A model generated the notes under the pieces. That model was given only the letters and a program-made list of their open reading frames with translations, was not told where the DNA came from and did not search any database. Positions 22,211-34,819 of a stretch of DNA of 64,000 bases are shown in pieces (the stretch's first letter is position 1; each line of letters begins with the position of its first letter). Position numbers and translations under genes: made by a program. Origin of the DNA: Podarcis tiliguerta (taxonomy: Eukaryota); NCBI GenBank assembly GCA_965153285.1, contig OZ229129.1; one strand, 5' to 3'.

Positions 22211-22694
22211 CAAACTAACCCAGAAACCTCTGAATATGGAATTCCTTCTTCCTGGAGACACAGATGGTCACAATATTGATGGGCTTCTGTCATGTAATTA
22301 AAACACATCTGTGTCCTCCCAGAGTTTTGGAAGCATTGGGTTAAGCTTGCTCTGGGTTTCAGGATTGCCTGTACTCTAGTTGTTTATGCTGATTATTTTG
22401 GATGATTTACTTGTGTTTTGGATTTTAAAATGTGGTTTGATTTTGTCAGGAACTGCTTTGTAACAAATCTCTACCCAGCCTTGCCCTGGGTTCTATTCGT
22501 TCTCCCCAGCACTCAAATCTTTTGATATTCAGTGAGCTGTTTAAGGACCCCCACCAACAGTCTCAAGTGCTACAGGGTCATCAGAAGATGCACTGCATGA
22601 TTCTGTGGCTACGGTGTCTGCTCTAACAAAATCCAGTTTCTTGTATTCAAAGCATTCTTAGCAGATTCTGCTTCTGGGATGGGGAATTGACCTC

Positions 22695-23045
22695 TAAAGC
22701 CCTAAATGGCTTCAGCCCTGTGTACCTGAAGGATACATGTATCCTTCTCATTTGGTGGAGGTCCAATTGGTAGAGGTCCAGCTCCAAGGGCTTTCTGATG
22801 GTTCCCACATTCAAGAAGTGAAGTTATAGGGAACCAGACAGAGAGACTTCTTGGTAGTGGCACCTGCTCTGTGGAATATCCTCCCATATGATGTCAAATA
22901 AATAAATAATTATCCAACCTTCCATAGACATCTGAAGACAGGAAGCATTTAATGCCTGATGTATTGTGTTTTTCATATTTTGTTGGAAGCTGCCCAGAGT
23001 GGCTGGGGCAAACCAGTCAATAGGGTGGGCTACAAGTAATAAATT
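22695..23045 (+). mobile_element. L2 LINE 3' end
   Basis: aaagccctaaatggc...gggaaccagacagagagac...gcccagagtggctggggc tail; related to 32430-32727. Confidence 0.75.
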
Positions 23046-23094
23046 GTTGTTATTATTATTATATCATTGTTGAAGGGTTAGCACAGAATTCAGG

Positions 23095-23840
23095 GATACG
23101 AGTGTGGTGTAGTGGTTAAGAGCGGTAGTCTCGTGGACAGTAAGTTTTTCCAGTATGCAGTGACGGCGGCAAGGGTGTTACTGGCACAGAAATGGAAACA
23201 ACAAGAAATACCGACAGTGGAAGATTGGAGATCAAAGTTGTTAGACTATGCTGAATTGGACAAGATGACAGGAAAGATTAGATACCTAAGAGACCAAAAG
23301 TTTACAGAAAACTGGGGAAAATTTGTTGATTATCTGGAAAATATAAGTGAAGGCGAAATAACGCTAGAAGGTTTTAAAAGAGCACTGTGAAAATATGAGA
23401 GATATTGTCTAAAGGAAATGAAGGGAAAAGATTCAAACAATGACAATATAAAGGACAAGAAATGCGTAAACTAATAAAGACTACGAAGGATTTATGGAAA
23501 AGTTGAAGGAAGTCCAAAAAAGAAAGACTTTGAATATTTGAATGTGAAAATATTGTATATTTTGTTTTGTTTTGTTGTAAATTAATAAAAATTATTATAA
23601 AAAAAAAGAGCGGTAGTCTCGTAATCTGGGGAACCAGGTTCGCATCTCCGCTCCTCCACATGCAGCTGCTGGGTGACCTTGGGCCAGTCACACTTCTCTG
23701 AAGTCTCTCAGCCCCACTCACCTCACAGAGTGTTTGTTGTGGGGGAGGAAGGGAAAGGAGAATGTTAGCCGCTTTGAGACTCCTGAAGGGGAGTGAAAGG
23801 CGGGATATCAAATCCAAACTCTTCTTCTTCTTCTTCTTCT
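23095..23840 (+). mobile_element. Ther1/MIR-derived (Squam3-like) CORE SINE, split by an L1 fragment
   Basis: Head gtgtggtgtagtggttaagagc, CORE-like tgggtgaccttgggccagtcac, (TTC)n tail. Confidence 0.8.
23135..23605 (+). mobile_element. 5'-truncated L1-clade LINE 3' end
   Basis: ORF2 C-terminus YAVTAARVLLAQKWK...ENWGKFVDYL, AATAAA plus A tail, 17-bp TSD aagagcggtagtctcgt (23118-23134 / 23606-23622), TT/AAGA target. Confidence 0.9.
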
Positions 23841-25749
23841 ACGAATATTCACACTTCATTTATAAAAAAAGTTGTACGTTGCTGCTGCAGCAACTACTGT
23901 AATCCATCAATTAAAAAGATTAATCAAATAGAGCATTGGTGATTATCAGTTTTAAGTGGGCTTGGAAGTACAAGTTACAATTGCTTGTTTTGTAAGACTA
24001 TTTTGCGTTAAAAGGCAATAAACACATTAAAGCTTGGTTTTCCTTTAATCGGTTAAAAGACAGATACTTAATCTATCGTCTTTAATCTGTTGACAGCTCT
24101 GTAATATTACTGTATGATGCATTTGAAAATCTTTGCTGAACTCCACATAAACCCAAATAATGTTTAATAGCCCACAAGACAGCCGAGGTGAATCTAGACT
24201 GGATTCAGGAAACTGCTGGCGTTTGAAACTTTGTACCAAAATTCCACACCATCTCTACAGTTTAGAATTTCTTACATTATCTATACATTGCTGACATTTA
24301 TGTTGAGGATTTCACTGTGTATTAGGCTTACCTGCTTAGATGTGAGTTTAATAAGAAAGCCTTCTTAAGTCTTGAATGGTCTGAACAACAAATAGATCTC
24401 CCAGGACTTGATGTCCAGAGGCAAACCACTGACAAATAGCATTCTTACCTGTTCTTAAGGCGAAGCATACTTTGGTTCCTTGGGAGTGCTGGTCAAGTAT
24501 GCAATATTTGTCTATCAAGATAACTAAGATGGATCTTAGGGACCATCAATAAAGTATGTCAGCAGATGCAAGGTGGACCTCAAGGAAAAGGGGCAAAGGG
24601 GGTCTTCTTGTCAACATCTCTCACACACAGTGAATGAGTGTGGGAGGCAGAGTGGTATCATGCCTTCTTATCATGCCCTCAGTGCCAAATTGTTCACACT
24701 CCCCAATGGTCACTATACTGGGTGTTAGTAAGAAAGGAGCCCTGTACGTGGGTGCAACTTTATGCACATGGGAATCCCCCACCCAATCAGGGATCCTCAT
24801 AGGCTCCTCTGAAATGGTTGAATATGGCACCCACACCCCCTCCTGAGGGTATTATACCCTTAGCTTTGCACCTCCCTTGGGTGTTTTTGCCTGGCTTACA
24901 TGAACTCTGATAAGGCGTTTTGCTTGCCTGGATGGAGGATAGAAAGGTGTGCATAGTTATGTGCATAAATTAGTCTGCTACACTAAAGATAGCATTTGCA
25001 TTCATTGCTCCATTTGCCCTTGCCTCTGGCGCCACTCACCACTAGCATGTGGCCCCTGGAAGGTTGCCCGGAAGGAAATGCACTCTTTGGGCTAAAAAGG
25101 GTTATATAAAGGCTTGTCCTGTATTAAAGATTTGAACTCCTTAGGGTAGAGTTTAAATGAAAGGTGGTTGGGGGGATGTTTTTGAAGCTGAACTTGGGTG
25201 AAGCTACTTTTCCTCCCACTACTCATTGAATGTTTTAAAGAACTGCATATTCACATTGGGATCTATCTCATCAGGCAAATTCTAAATCCTTTTATGAATT
25301 TCAAGATGCTGAGAAGCCTGTAGCTCATTAAGAAGAGAGAGAAGGATGCCTAGGATAAGCCAGATATTGAAAGTGGTCCCCAAGGGAATTTGGGGGCAGG
25401 AGGGATTTGCGGTATTAGCATTTCTAACAGGATTTTAAAAGTTTCCGATGCCACCATCCCCCAAAAGAAACCCCTTAATAGAGAAAGCTATTGGGATTTG
25501 AACACTTTCATGAGCCATTCAATCACCTGGAGACTACCTTAGTTTGTAATATGTTATCTGCATTACTCTTTTGCGATTTAAGAATATTTGCCCTTTTGTT
25601 GGATATAGCACTGCTAACCTTCCTGTCTTTTGATGCCCAGTTGTCTTTATGGTGCATGCTCAAGAACATGCCATTTTAATAATGACCTCTTAAAGTACAG
25701 TAAACCATTGCGGTACCAGTCTCAGTGCCACCCTTTCCTATGCAGTGAG

Positions 25750-27050
25750 TACTGGGAGGTGTGATAGAACGAACTCCAAACAAACAATGATCTGGATTAA
25801 AAATGGCCACAACTTTATTGATTACAGGTGTAGGAGGAATTTTGGCTCAAGCTTTGGGTGTATATCCATTTCACCCTTCTGCCAGAGGGCTGACACCACT
25901 TCAGGGTCGTGCCAGGGAATAAGGCCTGCCCCAAGATGTTGATCTATTGAGGTGGTTGTCCTAAGGCAGGGGTCGGCAAACTACAGCCTGTGGGCCGGAT
26001 CCGGCCCAATTACCCTCAGTATCCGGCCCATGGACGGTCTGTGAATCATGTGGATTCCTTTGTTAATTTTTTTTCATCAATTTTCCCCCCTGTGCTGCCA
26101 TTTTTTTTGGGGGGGTGCCATTTTCCCCCTCCCTCTCACACACCATGTGTCCTCCCTCCCTCCTCCTGGCTTCTCCCCACCCTTCTCCCTGCCCTGCATA
26201 AAGGAGGAAGGGTTGAGCTGGCTGAGCGCCATTTTGGGCAGCACCTCTCTGGAGTCAGCCAGCCCTTGCGCCGGCAGCACCATAGGTAGGCAGGGGAAAA
26301 GAGGGGCTGGGATATAGAGGGGGGAGAGAGAAACCCCCTCCTCTGGGTACGCATGCATGGTCCAGCCCGCCACAAGGTCTGGGGGATGGTGAACTGCCCC
26401 CCTCCAAAAAAAGTTTGCTGACCCCTGTCCTAAGGCCTCCACTGAAAGTGCTATGGCTCATCTGCCCCATACCTGGCTTCAGGACAGAGAGTTCCACTGA
26501 TACCCCTCTAATGGGGTACCCTGTTTATGACACTGGTTCAATTCATGGTAATGTACCACTTCACCCAAAAGCTTAAAGTCTAGGCATCCACCCAATGCCT
26601 TAACCACCCAAAGTTGTGATGATTTGCTATGGGAAAGGCAAAACCTCTAGACCAGCCAATTTGTCTACAGGCAAATTCCTACCTGGCTCCAAATATGGCA
26701 ACTATTAGCAATCCTAGCAAGGTCAGGATGCACAAATAATAAAAACTGGATAAATGGAATAAAACCTCAGGAACAGAGGTTAAAGCAGGCACCTCAAAGG
26801 AAAATTATGATTAGAATGTATAATACAGAATAGTCCTAAAAATAACAAAATGCTAATAAAGGGTGGGAAGGTTTGCTCTTTGGCCAGCTGAGCTTTTATG
26901 CATTGCCTCTTATTGGCCCATTTGAAGCTAGCATTTTGGCAGGGAATCCCAGAATTCCCCTAATGGCTGGCAAAGACACATGGTCCTAACTGCTGTGGAT
27001 GGTGATCAGAGGCAAGGTCTGCACCTGCCACCCACCTGAGGAGAGGTGAG
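25750..27050 (-). mobile_element. Ngaro/DIRS-like terminal-repeat remnant (older copy), interrupted by a hAT MITE
   Basis: Shares ggccacaactttattgattacag, aaagttgtga.gatt and aaattcctacc with 38071-38850; boundaries approximate. Confidence 0.5.
25967..26427. mobile_element. hAT (Charlie-like) MITE
   Basis: 16-bp TIRs caggggtcggcaaact / agtttgctgacccctg; perfect 8-bp TSD tcctaagg. Confidence 0.93.
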
Positions 27051-29282
27051 TAGTCACTGTTTTACTAACATCTATATTTGGTAACTGAAGATTAGTATTT
27101 GTTTCTAGGATTTTTTTCAAAGTGTTGGCTGGTTGTAACTAGGAATGAAAAGATTTTAACTACAGATGAAGCCAGTGGAGCAGTTCTTTTCTTTCCTTTC
27201 CTGAAATTCTGACACCAAGTTAGTTCTCCAATTCAATGATAATTGAAAATACTGATTCCAGAATGTAGCTGGCGAACTACTGAACTTGTGGAATTGTGGT
27301 GGCCCCAGGACACCCTTTCAAACATGTTCATATGCATGACTGCAGAAAAAGAATCTTATGACAACCATCACAACAAGATTGCACTTTGCAGTGTTCTGTT
27401 AGTGCATATATGCAGATTGGTATCAGAACAGAGGAAGGGGAATAAATAAATAAAAATAATGGAAAGCTCTGAAGAACTGCATATATAACACACACACTCT
27501 CTCTCTATATATATAAAATAGAAACATAAAACAGGCAAATAAGGGAAATTTCTACTCCAGCTCAAAACCCACAGCTGGTAATTCAGAAGTCATGCTGAGT
27601 TGCCAGTGTGGTAAGGGTGTTCGGGTGTCAGACTAGGGCTTAGAAGATATGTTCATATCTCTACTAAGGCATGAAGACCACTGGGTGATCTTGAGGCTGC
27701 CATACACTCATGGCAGGATTCTTGTTAAAATGGAGATGGACTTGAATGAGTAGGTATTAGGAAGCTTCCTTTCAAAAAGGGATACTAGAGGCAAATGTTG
27801 TAGCTGCTAGTATCCCTACATGGGGCAGGAAAGTGCATGCTATCTCTTCCAACTTTTTGTCTACAGTTGTCCCTCAACACCTATTGAAATATTTATAAAA
27901 CCTATGGTATTATTGAAACCTCCTCCAACTGCTGAATTGAAACTGGAAGCACACTTAAACTCATACACACAAAAAGGATTTCTTTAGGCAGGTGTGGGGG
28001 AACTGTGGCACTTCAGGAGTGGTTAAATCCCAACATTTACCAGTCACTAACCTGGCTAAAATTGGTGATGGGAAGTTGTAGTCCAGCATCATCCGAAGGA
28101 TCACAACTTCCCCAACTTCTTCTTAGAGCACAAGTCTCTTTTGGGGCATGCCTCCAACTGGGTGGAGAGATGACTAGGTTATCAGTGCATCTTCAAAGAA
28201 GACTCAAGAAACCCTAGCTGTGGTGGAAGGGGCTATGTTTATTCAAATATAACAACACATATTATCTGCAAACAACCAAATAAACATAATTAGCTATATG
28301 AAAATATAGCTCCCTCCATACTCCTGAGCACATTTACAGGTTGCACCTGTTTAGAGAATTACTGGTCTATAGCAAATTACCCACATCAGCCTAGCACAGG
28401 GTGATGAGTGTGTTCCTTGAAATACACAGCAAACCTTCATGACTTGTCAAATACATATTTCTTGGGGAGCCTAAGACTGCTGAGTTGTTGAATAGAAATA
28501 ATGGTCTGTTCATTCTCGCCTGCTCATATTGCACTGACACACACAACAAAATCTAGTGTTTGAAAAACATCTGTTTTAATAGCCTCACCTTTTTATTACA
28601 TAATTCATCCTCCTTTCACTTTAAACTAAGTGCTTCTCTACCTCTGTAGGCCAACACTAAAAGTGACTTAGGAAAAGATGAATCAGAACACATTTCCTAA
28701 TAACCTTGCAAATAAGGGAAGAAAAGTGGTTGACACTAATGTGCAAGCGCTACAATACACATTTAAGTGCATAGTGCAGTTGATCATTAATGTCGTTGGT
28801 AGAGTATCTGGGTTTTTCAGTCTCAAAAGGAAATAGAGCCTTTCACAAGGCTGTATTAGAGCCTTTAATCAGAGATGGATGCTGTTCAAAAGGCATTTAG
28901 CAGCTGGAGTGAAAAGTTTACCTAGTCACTGCCATTTCCCAAGAGGAGTACCTTCTAGAGCATGTGCACTTATGCCTATAAGCCGTGCCAGTCTTAAATG
29001 CATTTACTTGGAAATAAATTCAGGGCTGTGTGTCTTCACTTTTTAATTTAAAAAAGGAAAAAGAAAAAAGAAATAGAAATCCCTACATCCAGGCAATCCA
29101 TGTTCTGCATTAAGAAAAAGCTGAGTTTTGAAATATGTGTAAATTATATTCACAGATACTTAGGGCTGCAACAGGTTAAACTGTAGAAATCACATTTGAT
29201 TTTTATACCTGTTTGATTTTTATACCCTATGTTATCCTGATCCTAGCCTGATTTGGCATTTGTTTCAATTCAGTAACAAGTA

Positions 29283-29533
29283 CAGTCGTACCCTGGAAGT
29301 CGAACAGAATCCGTTCCAGAAGTCCATTCGACTTCTGGAAACATTCGGAAAGCCAAAGCGGGCTTCTGATTGGCTGCAGGAAGCTCCTGCAGCCAATCAG
29401 AAGCTGTGGAAGCCCCATCAGATGTTTGGGTTCCAAAAATAGTTCACAAACCGGAACAGTCACTTCCAGGTTTGCAGCATTCGGGAGCCAAAACGTTCGA
29501 GAACTAAGCTGTTTGAAAACCAAGGCACGACTG
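29283..29533. mobile_element. pogo/Tigger-type MITE
   Basis: TIRs cagtcgtacc.tgg / ccaaggcacgactg, TA TSD, central hairpin cttctgattggctgcagga..tcctgcagccaatcagaag. Confidence 0.9.
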
Positions 29534-32070
29534 TAGTGGGGTAAGTGCCAGGACAACCCCCACCGCCACCCCACCCCAAACAACAACAACAATGCTTGGA
29601 TACAGCGGGGACCTGTGTTTAGAAAGTGTGGGCAAAAGCTAAGTGTGAATGAGCTGTTAGTGTTTGTTTCATCTTTCCTTTCTAAGGGACCAAAGTGCAT
29701 AACACAATCAAGGGTTGACAGCAGGCTATGAGCAGGGAGAAACCAAAGCTGGTCATTGCCACTATGTTAATGTCATAGGCAACCCCACAGACACTGACAC
29801 ACATCTGCAAACACCTAGATCTTCTGCTAAGGGTCCACAGCAAGGATGGCAAAAGCTGGCCAGAACTTGGAATATTCTTTGCTGTAGTTAGACACTTCAT
29901 CACATGAGGTAGTGGTCAGTGGTTCCTGAAAGCTTGCTATGGACGTGGAAGTGCTCCTGCTCAAAACTTCAAGGTAACCTCAGCTTGCTCCTGTAAACTT
30001 AACTTTGGGACCTTAGAAGTTGGCAATAAGCAATCCCAAAACCCAATGGGCGATATTTTACTTCCAAGGATTAAGACTGCAATCCAGCTACTTGTCTTTC
30101 CCAATGAGGAAACCCAAGCAATAGACAAGAGATTCTGCTCTGGTTCCAATGAAGTTCTAACCCTCTTACAATGGGTGCCTGCAAAACTATTGTACACTCT
30201 AGAAAATTTGGTTATATCTTTTAAACTACAACACAACAGCATATATATCACAAATCGATTCTAATAGTGGGTTACTTGCCAGTTGTGCTACATGAATGTT
30301 AACATGATTCCAGGCTACTATGAATAATCTGGAGCTATTTTCCTATTAGATGCCATGAGTCCTGTAGACGTGTCATGGAGGGAGTAGTTGGATCCTGAGG
30401 AGGAATGGGAGAAACTCAGGTATTTGGAGCTGGATGATCCTGGGAGAGTCATAGCAGGATAAGGGAGGTTATATTGGGCCCCAATAATTGTTTGAATCTG
30501 GGGCTTCGGGATCGGAAGGCGGGATCCTAGGAGGTACAAATGGGTTGATAGAAGAGTCTTTGACATCAGACACCCCTTGTCAGATACCTTGTGTTGTCAG
30601 TGAGGAGTCTCCTCCTTCAGTGGAGGTGACTAAGAGTAAAGCAAATGTTGAGCAAGTGGTAACACTCTCTTTGTCTCCAAGAACATGCCAGTGCAGTCCC
30701 AACCCACTAATAGGAGTGCCCATTTGCTTGCCCAGTCCTAGAATGTGCAAGAGGCATATTTTTTGTTGGATCAATGTATTAGCTTACACTTAGTTGTGTA
30801 TCTATTCCTCTTATGTACCTGCTGCACCCTGTAACCTGTAATTTGCCTTATCTACCAGTTGGATTTATGCATTGATGCCTTTGGCAGAAACTGAGATGAA
30901 AGTTTGAGTTCTCCATCCAGCAGTGGGTGCATCATGTCTTAGTGCCCTATGTCTTTTATCCCTCCTTGCTCCATGGTCAAAGGCAGAAGTAGAGTCACAA
31001 AGCTGAGGGAGGAAAGATAATAAGCTGTATTTGGAAACCTATTACTCTCTTCTAAGAATACACCATCACCATATGAACAGTAGTAGAATCTCCTTCAATA
31101 CCAAGGTTGCAACTAGAGAATTGGATTGCATTTCAAAGAAAAATTATGCAATTTGCACTTCCTGGACTAATGCAAAAGTCAGAACATGATTATTCTTCAA
31201 ATTGTGCACATCTCTGAATTATGTGATGCATTTTCAAAAACCTATCCTCTGCTTATACAGATGTGTATTTTAGGGAAAATGCGTATAGAGATGTATAATT
31301 TAGATACAGTAGCAGCTGGTAAAGCACTCCTCTCCCTCCTATTTGCATATTTAAAAATCTAAGGCTTCCATTGCCAAGCAGACATATTGTAGAGATCAAA
31401 TATTCCTACCATTTTTTGGTGCCTTGCTGGAATCAAAGTCCTGAATTCAGAGAGACACTTGTGAGAGGAGAATGGAACTGCTGTACAAGATTCCTCAAGT
31501 GTGTAATAGAGGCCTTTTGGGGTAATTGGGTGATAAGTGTCATTGCACAAAACAAAATCAAGATGAATATCTTTATTGAAGAACGTCCTATCAAATTCCA
31601 CCCAGATGTTGTAGATAGTGTTTGTCTCAAAGAACTGGGGAATAAACTTATTTTTTCTCCCTTTGAGATATTAAGAAGTTGCCAGGAAAATGAAAATGAA
31701 GAGTGCGGTAAGTGCTGGAAATGAAAACATCAACCCTGAGGCATGAAGTGCTATTGGAGAGGGATCGAGAAACATACAAGAATAAATGGGTTAGAGCTGA
31801 TAAAGTTTGAGAGCTCCCTTCTTGGTGCTTCACCTTGAAGTTGCAGAAATATTTCAGAAAGTGTATCTCTTGGTTGTATGGAGGGCATTTGGAGGGAGAT
31901 AGAATCATGCTGTCGTTTGTCTCATATTCCAAAGTTGTTGGTTGTAGCTGTGTGCAGATGGAGAACGGTACATACAGGGCCCTCCTTCGCCTCCCCACTG
32001 ATTTTCTTGAAATTTTCTCCCAAAAGGTGAGCAGATACAAACATATATAAGAAAGAGGCTAGGGCTAGAA

Positions 32071-32194
32071 TAGTGTTTGCCAGATATTGTTGGACTCCAA
32101 ATCCCATCAGCCCTGGCCAGCATGTGCAATTGGTAATGAATGATAGGGATTTTAGGTCTGCAGCATCTGGAGGGTACCACAATGACTAACTATA
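32071..32194. mobile_element. URR1-like hAT MITE inside the candidate EVE
   Basis: Palindromic core; ggctagaa duplicated at 32063 and 32195. Confidence 0.7.
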
Positions 32195-32429
32195 GGCTAG
32201 AATTTCTTTGTGGGTCCAAGTTGGAACCATGAATTAAAGGTACTGGAACCGGTACATATTGACAAACTGGCAGATCAGATTTAGAAAAGGAACAGTTTCG
32301 TTCTGAAATAGCAACCATTTGTTATGTATTGGGATCTTCAGTTGGACCATAAATAATGCATTTTTATGTATTAAATTTGTATACTGCCATATACCTGTAG
32401 ATTTCAGGACAGCTCACAACATAAAATCT

Positions 32430-32727
32430 TTCTGCCTGGACACTGAAGTCCAGCGCCGAGGACCTTCTGGTGGTTCCCTCACTGTGAGAAGTGAAATTAC
32501 AGGGAACCAGGCAGAGGGCCTTCTCGGTAGTGGCACTCGCCCTTTGGAATTCCCTCCCATCAGATTTCAAAGAAATAAGCAACTATCAGACTTTTAGAAG
32601 ACATCTGAAGGCAGCCCTGTTTAGGGAAGCTTTTAGCATTTGATAAATCATTGTATTTTAATATTCTGCTGGAAGCCGCCCAGAGTGGCTGGGGAAACCC
32701 AGCCAGATAGGCGGGGTATAAATAATG
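32430..32727 (+). mobile_element. L2 LINE 3' end (relatively young)
   Basis: gggaaccaggcagagggccttctcggtagtggc...ggaagccgcccagagtggctgggg...ggcggggtataaataat then (GAT)n. Confidence 0.85.
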
Positions 32728-32923
32728 ATGATGATGATGATGATGATAATAATAAAATAACAATATAAAAACACAAAATGCATAATAAAAATAATGAAAT
32801 GACATGTAGACTAATCTCTATGCAGCCTATTCTCTATAAAATCTAATTAATTCAAAGAGAGACTCAAAACATTGCATGAATGCACTGGCAAAGCAGCAAA
32901 TAGAAAGCACCCAGACTGCAGTT

Positions 32924-33364
32924 GTTTTAGTAGTGATGTATGGAAGCGAGAGCTGGACCATAAAGAAGGCTGATCACCGAAGAATGGATGCCTTTGAATT
33001 ATGGTGCTGGAGGAGACTCTTGAGAGTCCCATGGACTGCAAGAAGATCAAACCTATCCATTTTTAAGGAAATCAGCCCTGAGTGCTCACTGGAAGGACAG
33101 ATCGTGAAGCTGAGGCTCCAATACTTTGGCCACCTCATGAGAAGAGAAGACTCCTTGGAAAAGACCCTGATGTTGGGAAAGATTGAGGGTACAAGGAGAA
33201 GGGGGCAGCAGAGGACAAGATGGTTGGACAGTGTTCTTGAAGCTACAAACATGAGCTTGACCAAACTGCAGGAGGCAGTGAAAGACAGGAGTGCCTGGCG
33301 TGCTCTGGTCCATGGGGTCATGAAGAGTCAGACACAACTAAACGACTAAACAACAACAAGAAGA
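32924..33364 (+). mobile_element. Bov-B LINE 3' fragment
   Basis: VMYGSESWTIKKA...DAFELWCWRRLLRVPWTARR...; (CAA)n tail; 11-bp TSD aga(c/t)tgcagtt at 32913 and 33365. Confidence 0.95.
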
Positions 33365-33689
33365 AGATTGCAGTTACTTGGCTGGGTGCAATTTTCATTG
33401 CCACCACCACTTTCTCTTGGGGGATGAAGCACTGTGCAACTGTGAGACATGAGGCGGCTGTATCTGTATGCTTCTTTATTGCTCCCTCAAAAGCAGCAAG
33501 AAAAAGAAGTCTGGTGAGCAAGCTACTCTGCTAAATGAACAGTTTGTCCCAGAAAGGAGCTTTCTGTCCATTGTGACATAGAAAAAGCCTTCTGACAAAA
33601 CTCCAGCTGGTTTTACAACATTCTCCCACATTGCAAGGAGGCAGGTGATTATCATATGATGTTCACTCATGAGCACATAGAAGGATAGA

Positions 33690-33850
33690 AAGCTTTCTTA
33701 TATTGAGCCATCCAGTTAGAGCTGTTGCCACTGCCAATCAGTGGTTCTCCAAGGTATCAGAGATCCCTCTCTGCCCTACCTAGAGACATCAGGGATCGAA
33801 CCTGGGACCTTCTATATGAAAAGAAGGTGCTCTAGCACTGAGCTACCCCA
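33690..33850 (-). mobile_element. tRNA-derived SINE
   Basis: gggatcgaacctgggacct...cactgagcta (reverse B and A boxes). Confidence 0.7.
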
Positions 33851-34819
33851 GAAGCCAGGTAGTTTTTCTTAACTGTCTTTGCTTTTGCTTTTGTGGATCT
33901 GTTGACCTTTTGGTCCATACCTGCTCCTTGATACTTGGATTAGACCAGCAGTAGCATTTATACCCATGCAAGGGAGAATGGTAGCTCCAGGAAAAGCTAT
34001 GTCCCAGTAACTTGTGTTGCATCATTTAGAATTATTGACTTTCAGAGGAACCCACAAATATTCTGGTAGTAAACTCCAAGCGTAGTGTTAAGTGCATCCA
34101 TCTGTCTTTTCCTACCTTCAGACTGACTACCACATTATAGCATTGCTGTAATTGCATATATAAGCAGAGAAAGGTGGTAATTGTTAGGAAAGCTTTTGTT
34201 AAATGTTTATCAGTAGGAAAGCAGAAATGCCCAACGCTTTTAATTGCACAGTGATTTTATTATTCAAATGATGGAATTTGCCGAGAACAGCTGCATTTTG
34301 TAATCTAACCAGCTCTTAAATAGTGCTTCTGATTTGTGGGTATTATATTATTTGACTGCAGAAGGCTAACTGCACTCAGATTCTTGTGCACATAGTAAGA
34401 TTTTAAATTGGGGAGTTTGGCAATCAATACTGCAGCGTGTTTTTGAAAGAGGCCTTTGTGAAATTTAATGACCACAACTGTATTTAGAAAACCAATTCCC
34501 AGCATTAAATCAAGCTTAATGTTCTAGTCTTTCAGCACGCAAGAATAGTGAGGCTTATCATGAAATTAGTTATAGCTTTGCTATACTTTTTTAAAGAGGA
34601 GGAGGAGGAGGAATCCTTCTTATCCTACTGTCCTGCCATTCAGAAAGTATAGGGATTTTTATTATTTCTTTTGTTCTTCGAATAATAGTCCATCCTTCAC
34701 CTCTGAGACCCAGAATGCGTTCCATAGATTTAATTTAAGTTACAGTTAAATACACAATTAAAAGCATCAGCCACACTACTACATTGCAGAAGGGAGGGTG
34801 ACACCAGGAACTTATATTT

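Larger units (their letters stand above)
29700..34170 (-). pseudogene. Candidate endogenous viral element: decayed Mononegavirales-like L (RNA-dependent RNA polymerase) gene, interrupted by TEs
   Basis: Collinear minus-strand peptide islands RQMD, GAGMDQK, DNH, FSRVAC, SCLTVAQ, FLDPS, KNKFIPQFF, LSEFRT, LTTQG, SSKYLSFSHSSSGSNYSLH, YCLGFLIGK resembling borna/rhabdovirus L motifs recalled from memory; many stops and frameshifts. Confidence 0.55.

Noticed and set aside
24400-24850. Coding-like stretch with overlapping 70-aa ORFs
   Set aside because: No recognisable motif or element boundaries
30046-30264. Plus-strand ORF as Gypsy gag remnant
   Set aside because: Only a vague pattern, no LTRs or pol nearby; the opposite strand carries the stronger YCLGFLIGK match
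31668-31707. Possible micro-exon (pyrimidine tract..GAG / GCG|GTAAGT)
   Set aside because: Weak acceptor, no partner exons, lies within the candidate EVE
31648-32040. 130-aa minus ORF read as bornavirus G tail (RRRR) plus matrix protein (REKK)
   Set aside because: Weak resemblance; an alternative frame gives L-like motifs collinear with flanking L-like islands, which is more parsimonious
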